This document shows positions 21,425-32,341 of a stretch of 64,000 nucleotides of DNA, piece by piece (positions within the stretch are counted from its first letter, which is position 1; every line of letters begins with the position of its first letter). The stretch is from Candidatus Bathyarchaeota archaeon. GTDB lineage: Archaea > Thermoproteota > Bathyarchaeia > 40CM-2-53-6. The stretch spans positions 416,001 through 480,000 of the forward strand of contig CAWHWX010000016.1 in NCBI GenBank assembly GCA_963833125.1, given 5' to 3'. Position numbers and translations under genes: made by a program. The notes beneath the pieces were generated by a model. The model ran no database searches and had not been told where the DNA came from. It was given only the letters and a program-made list of their open reading frames with translations.

Positions 21425-21586
21425 TTAGGCGCCTGCCAGCTTTGTCGCCAGTCGGAATTTCTTTCCACATGATGGGCAGGAGAAGTGTTTGATGTGTAGG
21501 GCGGGGCCACGTCCGTCCTTTGGATGCATATCCCATTCTTTCGCCGGGCCAATTACTTCGCCACCGCATTTGAGACATTTCACCAA
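21425..21586 (-). CDS. Cren7-like chromatin protein with two CxxC
   Basis: KEWDMHPK.GRG...I..F.CP.CGKKFR matches the Cren7 pattern; SD GAGGTGA precedes the TTG/GTG start. Confidence 0.7.
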   Translation of the reverse strand: MVKCLKCGGEVIGPAKEWDMHPKDGRGPALHIKHFSCPSCGKKFRLATKLAGA

Positions 21587-21834
21587 GAAGTCTTCACCTC
21601 GATGGGGTCGGCAGTCGGATGTTGGACACGAGGTGCGGAGCACGTTTGATGGTGACGCCACTTGGGTTTGGCTTGGGGGTGTGGCGTCATTGGGTGCGTG
21701 TTATCCTCGTGTCCAACGACGCTGACTGCCATGGACGGTCCATACACTTTTGATGGTATATTAATGTTTCATTTATGGTACGTTAATATACCGCCGTGAC
21801 TAATCTCTCTTAGAAATTTAGAGGAGGTTGCAAC

Positions 21835-21992
21835 ATGAACGGAGATTCAAAGCGAAGCTTCGCTGTAGCCCTTGCTTCATTCGCGATAGGCGCCGTAGTC
21901 GCCGGGGTACTCGGAAACCCGAAGACACGACAGCGCATCGCGGTCTGAGCAAGAAGCTGGCTAAGAGAGCTAGGGCAGCTGACCTAGCGTAA
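21835..21992 (+). CDS. small single-TM protein, YtxH-like (probable frameshift)
   Basis: Strong SD GAGGAGG; MNGDSKRSFAVALASFAIGAVVAGVLGNPKTRQRI. Confidence 0.4.
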
Positions 21993-22139
21993 ACAACCCA
22001 CGGGAGCGGCAATCGAACCGCTCCTTTCCTCTCATTCTAAATTCGAATCTGATCCGGCCTCTCTGTTTTCCGTCCCGACTTGATGAAGCTTAGAGCCTTA
22101 GGAAGGCTTAATTCTCAAGTCCGAATTCTCCATTGCAAT

Positions 22140-22202
22140 TAGGGCGCGTGAGTGGGGCCTCCCACCCGATTGCGCCAAACAAACCCCGGAGTAGGGAGGT
22201 AA
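22140..22202 (+). promoter_or_regulatory. structured 5' leader of queT, candidate riboswitch
   Basis: GGCGCG/TGCGCC stem, inner GTGGG/CCCAC stem, and CCTCCC complementary to the SD GGGAGG. Confidence 0.45.
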
Positions 22203-22206
22203 ATGG

Positions 22207-22743
22207 ATGAAAGCTAAGAGTTCAATCAATATCGCATTGACCGCAGTATTCGCCGCACTTTATTCTCTAGGCGTAGTATTTCTTGCCCCGATCAGTTTTC
22301 AAATCTTCCAAGTTAGAGTAGCAGATGCCCTGCTGCCTCTCGCTATGCTATTTGGTTGGCCTGCCGTTCTAGGACTATCGCTAGGTGCTTTCGTGGCAAA
22401 CATATTCGGCGGTCTTGGGCCGGTCGATATGATCGGAGGTTCCGTAGCGAATTTCATAGCGACATTCGTTGCCTGGCGATTGGTAGCCAGTAGGGGAAGG
22501 CGTTGGGCGTTGGTTGGGGTTGGGGCGGAGATTGTTATCGTCACGCTTGTGGTTGGGTCCTACTTGAGCTACTTGCTCGCTATGCCGATAGAAATTAGCT
22601 GGTTAGGGGTCTTCCTTGGAAGCGTAATCGCGATTGGAGTGCTCGGATCGATACTGTTCTTTGCACTCTCAACCGAAAGAATTGCAGCCCTGTTGAGGTC
22701 ATACGGTCTAGGAATCTACACGCAGCGGCCCGAGAAGAAGTAG
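22207..22743 (+). CDS. queT: QueT-family (COG4708) ECF S component, 7-deazaguanine precursor transporter
   Basis: AALY...LAPISF..FQVRVADAL..L, G...G.FVAN.FG..G..D...GS signature. Confidence 0.85.
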   Translation: MKAKSSINIALTAVFAALYSLGVVFLAPISFQIFQVRVADALLPLAMLFGWPAVLGLSLGAFVANIFGGLGPVDMIGGSVANFIATFVAWRLVASRGRRWALVGVGAEIVIVTLVVGSYLSYLLAMPIEISWLGVFLGSVIAIGVLGSILFFALSTERIAALLRSYGLGIYTQRPEKK

Positions 22744-22750
22744 GAAGGAT

Positions 22751-23430
22751 TCACCTCTTCGGTCTGGAGCTGATGCGCGAGGTCTTCGAGAGTAGAGTAT
22801 TCGGATCGCGAGCGAGCCGCCGCATGATTCGGATTGGTGGGGGCGCAGGTGGACGGCCTCGCAGGACCATTCGATCAATCCACAGAGTCGTCGGTGGTTC
22901 GACATTCAACTGCCACAACATCGCCTCAACTTCGCCAAGGTGGAGTAAGTGCTCCGTCGTGCACTGCGCTAGGGCTGCCTCGCGAGTTACCTTCAGAGGA
23001 TGCCCGAGCCGAACCCAACGGACGACTTTCTGAAGCGCTTGCTCGTTGTCCCATCGTGATAAGTAGTTCTCGGACAGGTCGGTGATAGTGCGCAGACGCT
23101 CTCTGACAGAGGCAATGTCGTTATACCGCCGCTTTGACACTTGGCAGAATCGTTGGGCCACGGCTCCGCTATACCCTGGCAGAATTTCGTTATGTGATGT
23201 TCCTCGACGTACGCGAGATGGAGAAACAGATTTCGAAACGAATTGAGGCTGACTTCCCGATTTCGAGTAAATTCCTTCCAACCAAGACTCGCGGCGGTCT
23301 CGAAGAAGTCGCCTCTTAGTTCATGCACAAACCGCAAGAGAGCGATTATGTTGACCTTCGTTCGGCGAGTCGGACCGTCGAAGTTTTTCCCAGTCAAGCC
23401 CATATTCTCCAGCACTGATTGGCGCGCCAA
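22751..23430 (-). CDS. DinB/DUF664-family protein (frameshifted; start uncertain)
   Basis: SFRNLFLHLAYVEEH and TEHLLHLGE metal-site pattern across two ORFs. Confidence 0.65.
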
Positions 23431-23529
23431 TGATAATTAGCTGTTTTCGCTTCCGTAGAATGTTGAGATATGGAATCGATAGAGTTTGATGCAAGGCTGT
23501 TCAGGTTGGTACCGTTGAGAGGTAGTCTG

Positions 23530-24041
23530 CGATCGCATCCATTCAACTGATCCTTGGCGACATCACGGGGCAGAGGGTAGACGCAATTGTGAACGCTGCG
23601 AATACAAGTCTGCTCGGTGGCGGTGGTGTGGATGGAGCGATTCATCGAGCTGCGGGTCCTAGACTGCTTGAGGAATGCCGTAAGCTGGGAGGTTGTCCAA
23701 CTGGTCAAGCGAAAATAACCACGGGAGGCAATTTACCCGCTAAATTTGTCATTCATACCGTTGGCCCGATCTGGAGAGGGGGCGAGAATCAGGAAGATCA
23801 ACAACTACGTGCCTGCTACTTGAATTCTATGAAACTCGCAGAGCAGAATGGGGTTCGAACAATCGCTTTCCCATCAATTAGCACAGGCGCTTATGGATTC
23901 CCGATTGAGAGAGCCTCAAGAATCGCTGTAGCCACCGTCCGCGAATGCCTCGATAAAACGCCACACGTTCAAACCGTTCTCTTCGTCTGTTTTTCCCAAT
24001 CCGACTATGAAGTTTACCAAGAAGCGCTCAAGGCGGAATAA
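23530..24041 (+). CDS. macrodomain O-acetyl-ADP-ribose deacetylase (YmdB-like)
   Basis: GDIT...[27 protein letters not shown] and [11 protein letters not shown]; the frame extends upstream of the listed ORF, true start unclear. Confidence 0.92.
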
Positions 24042-24059
24042 GTTCGCGAGATCTGCGTG

Positions 24060-24850
24060 CTAAGAGTTTAGTTCGGCTTTGAAGACTGTTACCGCCTTGC
24101 CGCCGATGAAAACTCTTCTATCCCCCACTCTAACCCGGATTACACCGCCTCGCCTCGAAGCCTGGTAGGCTAAGAGTTCACTCTTGTGAAGCCTGGATTG
24201 CCAGAACGGTCCCAGGACTGAGTGGGCGGATCCGGTTACTGGGTCTTCATTGATTCCTGCTCGGGGGGCGAAGAAGCGGCTGACGAAGTCGTATGGTTCT
24301 GTTTTGGCTTTGGCGGTTACGATGAGCCCGCGGATGGGAAGTTTGGAGAGCAGGGTCAAGTCGGGTTTCATGCTGCGAACAGAATTCTCTGAACTGACTT
24401 CGACAATAGAATCGAACCTGCTTCTTCCCATGTACCTGGGCTTGACTCCAAGTGCCTTTGACAACCCTTTGGGAACCTTAACTTGTCTGTCCGGCAGGGA
24501 TGGGAAATCAAGTTCGATCCATTCGTCTCGCCGTTTCGCGGTTAGGAGGCCACTATGCGTGTGAAACCTGGCCTTATCCTCAAGACCAAGCAGCCCAGTC
24601 TCCCAGAGGATATGAGCACTGGCAAGGGTTGCGTGTCCACAGAGGTCAACCTCGACTAACGGCGTGAACCATCGCAAACCATACCCGTCCTCCCTCTTAT
24701 GGAGGAATGCCGTTTCGGACAGGTTCATTTCCTGAGCTACCTTCTGCATCCACCCTCACTACGCGGTTCCTGCAGGATGCATACGGCGGCTGGGTTGCCG
24801 CCAAACACCGTATCCGTAAAGGCGTCAACGTGAAAGATCGTCAGACCCAT
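24060..24850 (-). CDS. PhzF-family epimerase/isomerase (frameshift near 24750)
   Basis: ATG at 24850 gives HVDAFT..FGGNPAAV; then EMNLSETAF, DLCGHATLA and EDPVTGSAH. Confidence 0.92.
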
Positions 24851-24971
24851 ATTCTCGGGGATAAGGATGCGGGCGTATAACCTTTGATTCTATTTCTGGT
24901 CATGGTAAGCTGCCGTTCCCTCCTGAAAACAGTGCCGCATTGGGTAAGCCATGAATGTCTGAAAAAGCATG

Positions 24972-25831
24972 CTATCTGCTTGAGCGATCATATTTTCTTA
25001 GAACATTCGGAAGGGCCTCGATAAGGTCGGAGGCGACCATATGGAATCCCTTCTGTTCGTAAACGATGTCCCCCGCCGCGCCATGAATGTACGCTCCCGC
25101 TACAGCTGCGGAGAATAGTTCGACACCTTGTGCGAGAAAAGCCCCGATTATTCCTGATAAAACGTCGCCAGCTCCGGCGGTAGCCATTCCAGGATTCCCA
25201 GTATGGTTAACCTTCGCTCGGCTTCCGTCCGTAACAATAGTGTCGTGTCCTTTCAGGAGAAGCACGCAACCATGTTCCTTGGCGAAATTCTTGCAAATAG
25301 GCAACCTATCCCGCCACAGTTGAGGCGCTTCCACACCGGAGATTGCTTTGAACTCACCCGCTGAGGCGTAATGAGAACGCCTTTGAGCGATTCCTTTGCG
25401 TCAGCGAGCGCTCGGATGGCGTCGGCGTCAATTAGGAGTAACTTGCCTAGCTTGCGAGTCTCCTTGACGATCAGCGGGATCGCTTGAATGGTTTCGGGGT
25501 GACGTCCGATTCCGGGACCTAACACAACGGCATCAGAGGCTGCAAGTAACCCAGAGAGTTGCTCGATCTGTTCAGAGTTGACTACGTCGCCGTGCAGTGA
25601 ATGTACGATCAGGTTGGGGGAATATCCACGAATGGTCGGAGCAACGGGTTTCGGTGCTGCAATAATCGCTAAGCCTACTCCGGTTCTTAGGGCGGCCATT
25701 CCAGCTAAGGCTGGAGCGCCAGAATAGACATCACTACCGCCTATGATTAGCAGGCATCCGAAATCTCTCTTAGACGCATACCGGCCTCTCGCCTTGACTA
25801 CGCCTCTAACGTCTCCAGGGCCAGAATACAC
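24972..25831 (-). CDS. nnrD: ADP-dependent NAD(P)HX dehydratase (frameshifted)
   Basis: GGS..YSGAPAL, GPGIG, IDADA, LLKG and GNPGMATAGAGDVLSG. Confidence 0.9.
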
Positions 25832-25972
25832 ATCCCATCCCCACGGTTGACTTGGACGGTATGTAGACGCCGCTTAACTTCTGCCTTGCCTCTTGGAGAG
25901 TAACTCACCTTTACCGACGGAACACAAAAAACGGTGTTCTCACCACAATTCGAACGAGGCGTTATCGCGGAG

Positions 25973-27690
25973 ATGAAGAACCAGCTCGTAGCTCAGATTC
26001 TTAACGAAGTCGCCGACATGCTCGATATGCAGGGCGTCGAGTTCAAACCACGTGCATACCGCAGGGCCGCACGAACCATAGAATCGCTTGGTGAACCCAT
26101 AGAAGAAGTGTACGCGAAAGGCAAACTCGAAGAGCTACCTGGTGTCGGCGAAGCCATCGCCAAGAAAATCGGAGAGATAATCGAGACTGGCTCACTGAAG
26201 TACCGTGACGAACTCAAGGCAAAGACACCAATGGATTTGGAAGGCATACTGGCGGTGGAAGGAATCGGGCCAAAGACCGCGGCCGTACTTTTCAAGAGGC
26301 TGGGAATAAAGTCGCTAGATGATCTCGAACGTGCAGCAAAAGAACATAAAATCAGAGAGATCAAGCGGTTGGGACCGAAGACTGAAGAGAACATACTCAG
26401 CAGCATCGAACTCGCCAAGAAGAGTAAAGCCCGCATACTACTTGGGGACGCGCTCCCAGTTGCTGAAGAAATATGCAAACACCTACGCGGCAACAAGAAA
26501 GGGGAAGCAACCCAGGTCGAAGCAGCAGGGTCCTTGCGAAGAATGAAGGAAACCATCGGTGACATCGACATACTCGCAACTTCGCCTCACCCGACTCAAT
26601 TGTCTGACACCTTCACCAAAATGTCAGACGTTCGAAAAGTTCTTGAAAAAGGAGAAACCAAATCATCAATCCTCCTACAAAGCAACCTTCAGGTCGATCT
26701 TCGCATCGTAGAACAACAGAGCTTCGGCTCGGCATTGATGTACTTCACAGGGTCGAAGGATCATAACATAGCGCTACGAAAACTCGCCATATCCCAGGGC
26801 CTCAAGCTCAGCGAATATGGTTTGTTCAAAGGCGACGCATCCAGTGGCGGGGCGCACCGAGGAGGAAGTCTACAAGAAACTCGGCCTGGATTACATTCCA
26901 CCCGAACTCAGGGAGGACCGAGGAGAAGTTGACGCGGCGATGAAGCATGAACTCCCCGACCTGATTCCCTACGACGCGATACAGGGAGATCTGCAAATGC
27001 ACACCAAGTGGAGTGATGGGCAGAGGACTATCGAGGAGATGGCTCAAGCCGCAAAAACCTTGGGCTATTCATACATCGCGATAACCGACCATTACAGCAC
27101 AATGCCAATCGTCAACGGCCTCAACGAACTGCGCTTGCGACGAGCAAATGAAGGAAATAGACCACGTAAACCAAAAGTTAGAAGGAATTACAGTTCTCAA
27201 AGGGGCTGAAGTGGATATTGCACCCGACGGCGAATTGAAAGGTGAAGAATCTGTCTTGCGAGAGTTGGATCTAGTCGTTGGGAGTATCCACGGAACTTTC
27301 AAACAAACGAAAAAGCAGATGACTCAACGTCTAATCACGACAATGGAAAGCGGCCTCGTTAACATCATCGGCCATCCAACGAGCAGAAAGATAAACGAAA
27401 AGAATCCATGTGAAATGGATTTCGATGAAATCTTCGAAGCTTCAAAACGAACCGGAACCTATCTTGAAATAAATTCATCTCCCCATCGACTCGACTTAGA
27501 CGACGCGAACGCCAGACTGGCTTTGAAAGCAAGGTGCAAACTCGCCATAAACACAGATGCTCATGACACAGATGAGTTGAGGAATATTCGGTTCGGAATT
27601 GGTGTGGCTCGAAGAGGCTGGTTGAGCCGAGCCGACGTGATTAACACAATGCCCTTAGAGAAACTGAAGACGATCCTGAAAAGGCACTGA
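25973..27690 (+). CDS. polX: PolX DNA polymerase with PHP domain (two frameshifts)
   Basis: HhH LPGVG, AGSLRR...GDIDIL, FTGSKDHN; PHP motifs HTKWSDG, TDH, GHPT and NTDAH. Confidence 0.93.
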
Positions 27691-27756
27691 ATAAGTGAAA
27701 GAATTCTCCAAAGTTTTATATTTAAAACGGACTAATCCGACTCTGAGGCAACCTCA

Positions 27757-28121
27757 GTGGACATTAGTCGGCACGATTATTCACCTAGTAATTGCTGGTA
27801 TTATTGGCGGAATTTTCGTCTGGCTTGCCGCAAAAGCACTGGGCGCACCTCGGGCGTCATATTGGCACGGCATTTTGACGGTTGTCTGGGCGATCATACT
27901 CACCGATATTATTGGCTATTTCATCGGCGGGTTGGGGATGGATTACGACAATAATCGAGATCGTCATAATCCTACTGTTGATCAAGCACTTCTTCGGTGT
28001 TGGCTGGATTAAGGCGATTGTAATCGCAATACTTGCTGTGATCATACTGATCATAGTGCTCTTCGTACTAGCGGCGATTGGAATCACAGTACTCGGCGGA
28101 ATGTTCCCGGGCCTCCCATAG
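27757..28121 (+). CDS. small multi-TM membrane protein (frameshifted)
   Basis: Hydrophobic helices continue across ORFs 27695 and 27882. Confidence 0.55.
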
Positions 28122-28165
28122 GCTGGATAGGGAGAAAGCGACGACTCGGCCTCACGTACTGGACC

Positions 28166-28465
28166 TCAAAGCTGAGATCTAGAAGTAGCCGATAACGCTA
28201 AGCGACTTACGATTCCTGAGTCGAAACTAGTTGCATTCTTCCGGCGGGCGAATCGTCGTCCCACCACAATGAAACTCCCTAACACTAAGCCGGCCAGTAC
28301 TGATTCTGGGGGGAAGCCTGGTATCGCAACCACCATAACGTTTCCTCTACCCTGCATAATCAAGAAAATTATGACTACTAGCGATATGAGGCTCAGAAGC
28401 GTGATTACTAGCAAAATGATGCCTACAGGCCCTCTGTCGCGGACAACCACTACCATATTTTCCAC
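28166..28465 (-). CDS. membrane protein ending in an IPGF-type sorting tail
   Basis: IPGFPPESVLAGLVLG followed by TM and basic residues; may extend upstream via ORF 28347..28571. Confidence 0.5.
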   Translation of the reverse strand: MENMVVVVRDRGPVGIILLVITLLSLISLVVIIFLIMQGRGNVMVVAIPGFPPESVLAGLVLGSFIVVGRRFARRKNATSFDSGIVSRLALSATSRSQL

Positions 28466-28676
28466 CGATTAGCAGATCTTGCAGATTGGACGGTAAGGAC
28501 TTTTCGTTGCCACAAGAGATGGAAAGGGCAAACACCACCCACTGCACTATTGCAGTAGGTTGAACAACCAACTTTTACACGGCAAGACAACCCCCCCAAT
28601 ATTCGTAGCGCAAATGAAATCCTCTTGAACTCACTTGGTAGAGGGGCTGGTCTGGAGGTCGTTTCTTTGCCTTTTG

Positions 28677-29379
28677 TTAAAGGTAGAGATACGTGATGTT
28701 CACTGTTGCAGTGACTTGTTGTGGTCCGGAGTTTATCGGCGTCGGCTGTTTGGTCCCACTAGTGTTGCCGTATATGATTGGTTGTGGGACAATGCCGTAG
28801 CCATAGTTGGTCGATACAGAAGCGACTCCGAGAATCACCCCTCCTAATCCGCTAACTATCGCTGACGCTTGTGAGTTGGCGTCCTGGACCGCTTTATGAT
28901 ACGCTTGGCCTTGCAAGGTGTTGTAATTCGGGTCGCTGAACGTGAAGGAAATTCCGTCAATCTCATTTGCTCCCGCTTGTACTGCCGCGGTCGATGATTC
29001 TTCCGACGTTCGGTAAATTCTCAGTTCCAGTAACGATTACCTCCATTGAATTCAAGGCAACGTAACCGACGACCTCACTGTAATTGTATGCATCGTATGT
29101 TGGCGAGAGTGAGTAAGAGAGTGTCTTGATGTCGCTCTTGTTGACTCCGAGAGCAGCAAGCGAAACAAAGACCGCATTCGCCTGAACTCCGTTCTCCGCC
29201 GCCGCTTTGGCTGCAGATGAGTCTTGCGTGCGAATTGAAAACATTATGTCCGCTTCGTCGGGATACGCTGTTACGGTTCCTGTCCCGGTGACGCTGATTC
29301 TCGGCACCGCGACGAAGTACAGAAAAGACGCCAGGATAACTATGCCAACTAATCCTATGCCGATCATTCGTTTCTTCAT
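28677..29379 (-). CDS. SIMPL/DUF541 domain protein (frameshifted)
   Basis: ISVTGTG.V...PD, DIKT..YSL.P.Y and C-terminal ATVNITY. Confidence 0.85.
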
Positions 29380-29476
29380 TGCGATCGAATTATCATACTT
29401 CTAATTGACCTAATAGTCTAGGCAATAGAACATGGTCGCATCACTGTTCTAATTCATAGTACCTATCATCTGAGGC

Positions 29477-30466
29477 TCAGTGGGTTCTACGATTGACCAA
29501 CTTCTTCCAGACTGGGCCAAAACAGTTCTGGGGTATCATGAGGCCTACGACCCAGTTGGGCTTATCCACAATCTCGTGTATTCTTAGATCCCCGGCTACG
29601 CTACAGAATATGTACGCCTCCTCCCTACTGATCCCGGCGCTTTCAGTTAGTTCGAAAATCATTCTGCTAATTGCTTGCCTGCACGCATCCATCAAGTCCG
29701 TCGCTATGCCCGTCGTCACGTAACTTCTCCCAACGGGACCCTCGGCCGCTGTGAAATAGTGTGGGGCCTCAAGGTTTGATCCCCTAATCAAACTGATTCG
29801 CACGGTGACTGCTCCGGGGCATTCGATGGCCGTCACGCAAACCTCCCCATCCCCCTGAGCTGCGTGAACGTCGCCGACTGAAAACAGGCCACCGTCCACC
29901 TGAACTGGGAGCAGGAGTCTACTTCCAGCGGTCAGATGGCGTATGTCCATATTGCCGCCATGAAATCCAGGGGGCATGACCTCCGTGGGCTGGTCGAGGT
30001 CCGGTGCCACTCCCATCACTCCGCAAAACGGCCTATACCGGACTCTCAACCCGTTCTTGAAATCCACCCAACTTTTCTTACTGATCTTCCACGTCCACAG
30101 GAAGGGTTCGTTGAATCCATCGAGCGCTCCAAGTCCGGGAATCACTGCGGACCAGCCCCAATCAGCAGTATTGACTTTCAATATGTCAACCATCAACGCG
30201 TCGCCTTTTCCAGCGCCCTTCACGCGGACTGGTCCAGTAAGAGGATAGAACTTGGCCACGTCAAGTTTGCTGATCTCACTGCTCGTGCTTTTCCGAGTTA
30301 ATTGGGACGACGTAACCTCATGAATCTGGAAGGTAACACGGTCGCCCGAATCGATCTCTAGGACGGGTTTATGGTTTTTGTTCCACATGTAGTGGGAGCT
30401 TTCCTTCTTCACGAGATAGGAATGTGGCAAGTTTTCTCTGCTAACAAAAGTTGCAAGCGTCGCCAC
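29477..30466 (-). CDS. acetamidase/formamidase family protein
   Basis: LTGPV.V.GA..GD, PG.HGGNMD and GDVHAAQGDGEVC.TAIE. Confidence 0.92.
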   Translation of the reverse strand: MATLATFVSRENLPHSYLVKKESSHYMWNKNHKPVLEIDSGDRVTFQIHEVTSSQLTRKSTSSEISKLDVAKFYPLTGPVRVKGAGKGDALMVDILKVNTADWGWSAVIPGLGALDGFNEPFLWTWKISKKSWVDFKNGLRVRYRPFCGVMGVAPDLDQPTEVMPPGFHGGNMDIRHLTAGSRLLLPVQVDGGLFSVGDVHAAQGDGEVCVTAIECPGAVTVRISLIRGSNLEAPHYFTAAEGPVGRSYVTTGIATDLMDACRQAISRMIFELTESAGISREEAYIFCSVAGDLRIHEIVDKPNWVVGLMIPQNCFGPVWKKLVNRRTH

Positions 30467-30571
30467 TATTTAACATCCGCATAAGTATCGCGTCTGTCGG
30501 CATCACATCCAGCAGACATCTCCGGCTAGTCTTCAGCGTTTTCCATCAGAAATTTGGAAGGGAGCTACATC

Positions 30572-30649
30572 TATTGGTGGACCTTTCAAAATCGGACTGT
30601 CGTTGTTTGAAAAGTGTGTGTGCGCACCATTAGTACCACACACACGAAG
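30572..30649 (+). repeat. dispersed repeat copy A (TCAAAATCGGAC...GTGTGTGTG-core-CACACACAC)
   Basis: Flanks match 33243..33326; the core is the reverse complement of the cores at 31245 and 33290. Confidence 0.75.
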
Positions 30650-30768
30650 AAGTCCCACTCAAGCGACGATAAGACGCCATTAGTTCGCAATAGTGATTGA
30701 TGGAATTCTTATATGACATGAATGTAGTGCAGGAAATAACTATGCCACCAACTGAGGAGAATTGAATA

Positions 30769-31194
30769 ATGGGAAAACGAAATCAAGTTCAGCATGTTAT
30801 CGAGTGGACTATCTCCGCCGGAAAAGCCGATGCCTTCAAAAATAGTGTCAGAATAATTTCAATTATGATCTCGGTTATTATCTTTTACACTTTTCTAGCA
30901 AGTCAATTAGGCAGAAATGTCTGGACGAGTACACTTCTAATGGTTCTGTTTGGTGTCATCGGAATAGCTGGACTTGTTAAACTTAGAAATCCTGTAATCT
31001 TAGAACTTGGTGCTATTGGTTTTGTGGCGGATATAGTGTGGGAGCTTTATGGAACTAGAAATCGATTGTGGAATTATTATCATTCGCCGTTTTACATGAT
31101 AGGTGGAACTTTGCCAATAGAAATAGCAGTGCTATACTTTTTCTTAGGGATGACTGCAGCTGTTTATGCGCTATACAGATTGGAAAAAAAGTGA
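30769..31194 (+). CDS. AT-rich membrane protein, apparently chimeric
   Basis: First ~25 aa look like the start of an ABM/Dabb domain, followed by three to four TM helices. Confidence 0.5.
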   Translation: MGKRNQVQHVIEWTISAGKADAFKNSVRIISIMISVIIFYTFLASQLGRNVWTSTLLMVLFGVIGIAGLVKLRNPVILELGAIGFVADIVWELYGTRNRLWNYYHSPFYMIGGTLPIEIAVLYFFLGMTAAVYALYRLEKK

Positions 31195-31244
31195 ATAGTG
31201 AAGGATCGCATTCAATCTGCTCCTATCAGTCACATAGTCCGGTG

Positions 31245-31268
31245 GTGTGTGTGGGTCTAATGGTGCGC
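31245..31268 (+). repeat. dispersed repeat copy C (core only), inverted relative to copy A
   Basis: GTGTGTGTGGGTCTAATGGTGCGC matches the reverse complement of the A core at 22/24 positions. Confidence 0.75.
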
Positions 31269-31372
31269 CGCCCCCGCCGCCGCCGGCGTTACGGTAGGTA
31301 CGACGACGACCACGACGAACAACTACGACGACGCTAATACGAACGAGGGTAGGAACGACGACGAAGCGGCGA
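31268..31372 (+). repeat. (GCC)n/(ACG)n low-complexity tract
   Basis: Runs such as CGACGACGAC and ACGACGACG. Confidence 0.6.
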
Positions 31373-31475
31373 TGAATTATAAATTATAGAACTTGAACGA
31401 CATGAAAGCTACAATACGGCGGCGAAATCGACAAGTCGGATAGTTATTTTAAGACGCCTTTTTTCTAGGCTTGAG

Positions 31476-31694
31476 TTGGTGGAGTATTTGACATTCCCAA
31501 GAATCATTCGTGAGCAAAAGCAAGAGCTGAGGCGCCTCAAACAAGAGGAAAACGCCCTGCGACGAATTGGGCTCAAGCGTATAGGCAACAGCGATTGGTA
31601 TGAGTGCATAAAATGTGGGAAAACATGGAACTCGAAAAAAAGCCCGACACCTTGGACCTGCCCAAATAAATGTAATGAAAACGTCTCTAGTTGA
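31476..31694 (+). CDS. small zinc-binding protein
   Basis: Coiled coil followed by CIKC and CPNKC. Confidence 0.45.
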   Translation: MVEYLTFPRIIREQKQELRRLKQEENALRRIGLKRIGNSDWYECIKCGKTWNSKKSPTPWTCPNKCNENVSS

Positions 31695-31791
31695 CACCTC
31701 TGATAGTCACTCAGTTCCGCAACGCACACAACGCAGCATCATGCTAAACCTGTATGCTCTGCAATAACGCAACCTTACAGCAAACCTCACC

Positions 31792-32337
31792 TTACGGATA
31801 GTTCTTTCTTAGCGTTTCAACGAATCCTCTCAAAGCATTCAAAGTGTACTCACAAAGTGTGGGAATATCATCATTCGGCCAGTCTTGTAGAAAGTATTGC
31901 CTTTGGGGTGGAAAATCCAGCTTTTTAGGCTGAGGGGTTGAGGGTGAGTGAGCAGTAGAAATCACATTGCCTTTTTCATCCCTTGCCACAAGATATGCAT
32001 CTGTGGTAAGCTGAACGCTAACGGTCATCTTCTTTGGCAAATCCTTGCGATGTATCGCAATGTCCCTTGAACGATGATGACCTAGCAGCTTCTCGCATTT
32101 GGGGTCTGTCAAGAGCTTCTTTCTCTCAGCGATGTAAGAATCTATGAACGATTTCGCTTTCGGATTCCTGCCATCTTTCACTCTATCTTTGAAGCTGCCC
32201 ACATTCAAATCCTCATTTTCGCCGATTCCGACCGAGTATTTGGAATTGTATTCCTCAAGAATATAGTCCACAATTCCTTTCAGAGACGCAAGCGTACCTA
32301 TGAAGTAGAAATCGAATGGGTCAGCATTCGCCTTCAT
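31792..32337 (-). CDS. HEPN-like hypothetical protein (N-terminus possibly clipped)
   Basis: Rx4H motif RDIAIH; helical N-terminus. Confidence 0.5.
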   Translation of the reverse strand: MKANADPFDFYFIGTLASLKGIVDYILEEYNSKYSVGIGENEDLNVGSFKDRVKDGRNPKAKSFIDSYIAERKKLLTDPKCEKLLGHHRSRDIAIHRKDLPKKMTVSVQLTTDAYLVARDEKGNVISTAHSPSTPQPKKLDFPPQRQYFLQDWPNDDIPTLCEYTLNALRGFVETLRKNYP

Positions 32338-32341
32338 TTTC

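Noticed and set aside
30614-30645. dif/Xer site (GGTGCGCA resembles the bacterial XerC arm)
   Set aside because: No XerD-like TTAT arm and no 11-6-11 layout; the similarity is only 8 bp.
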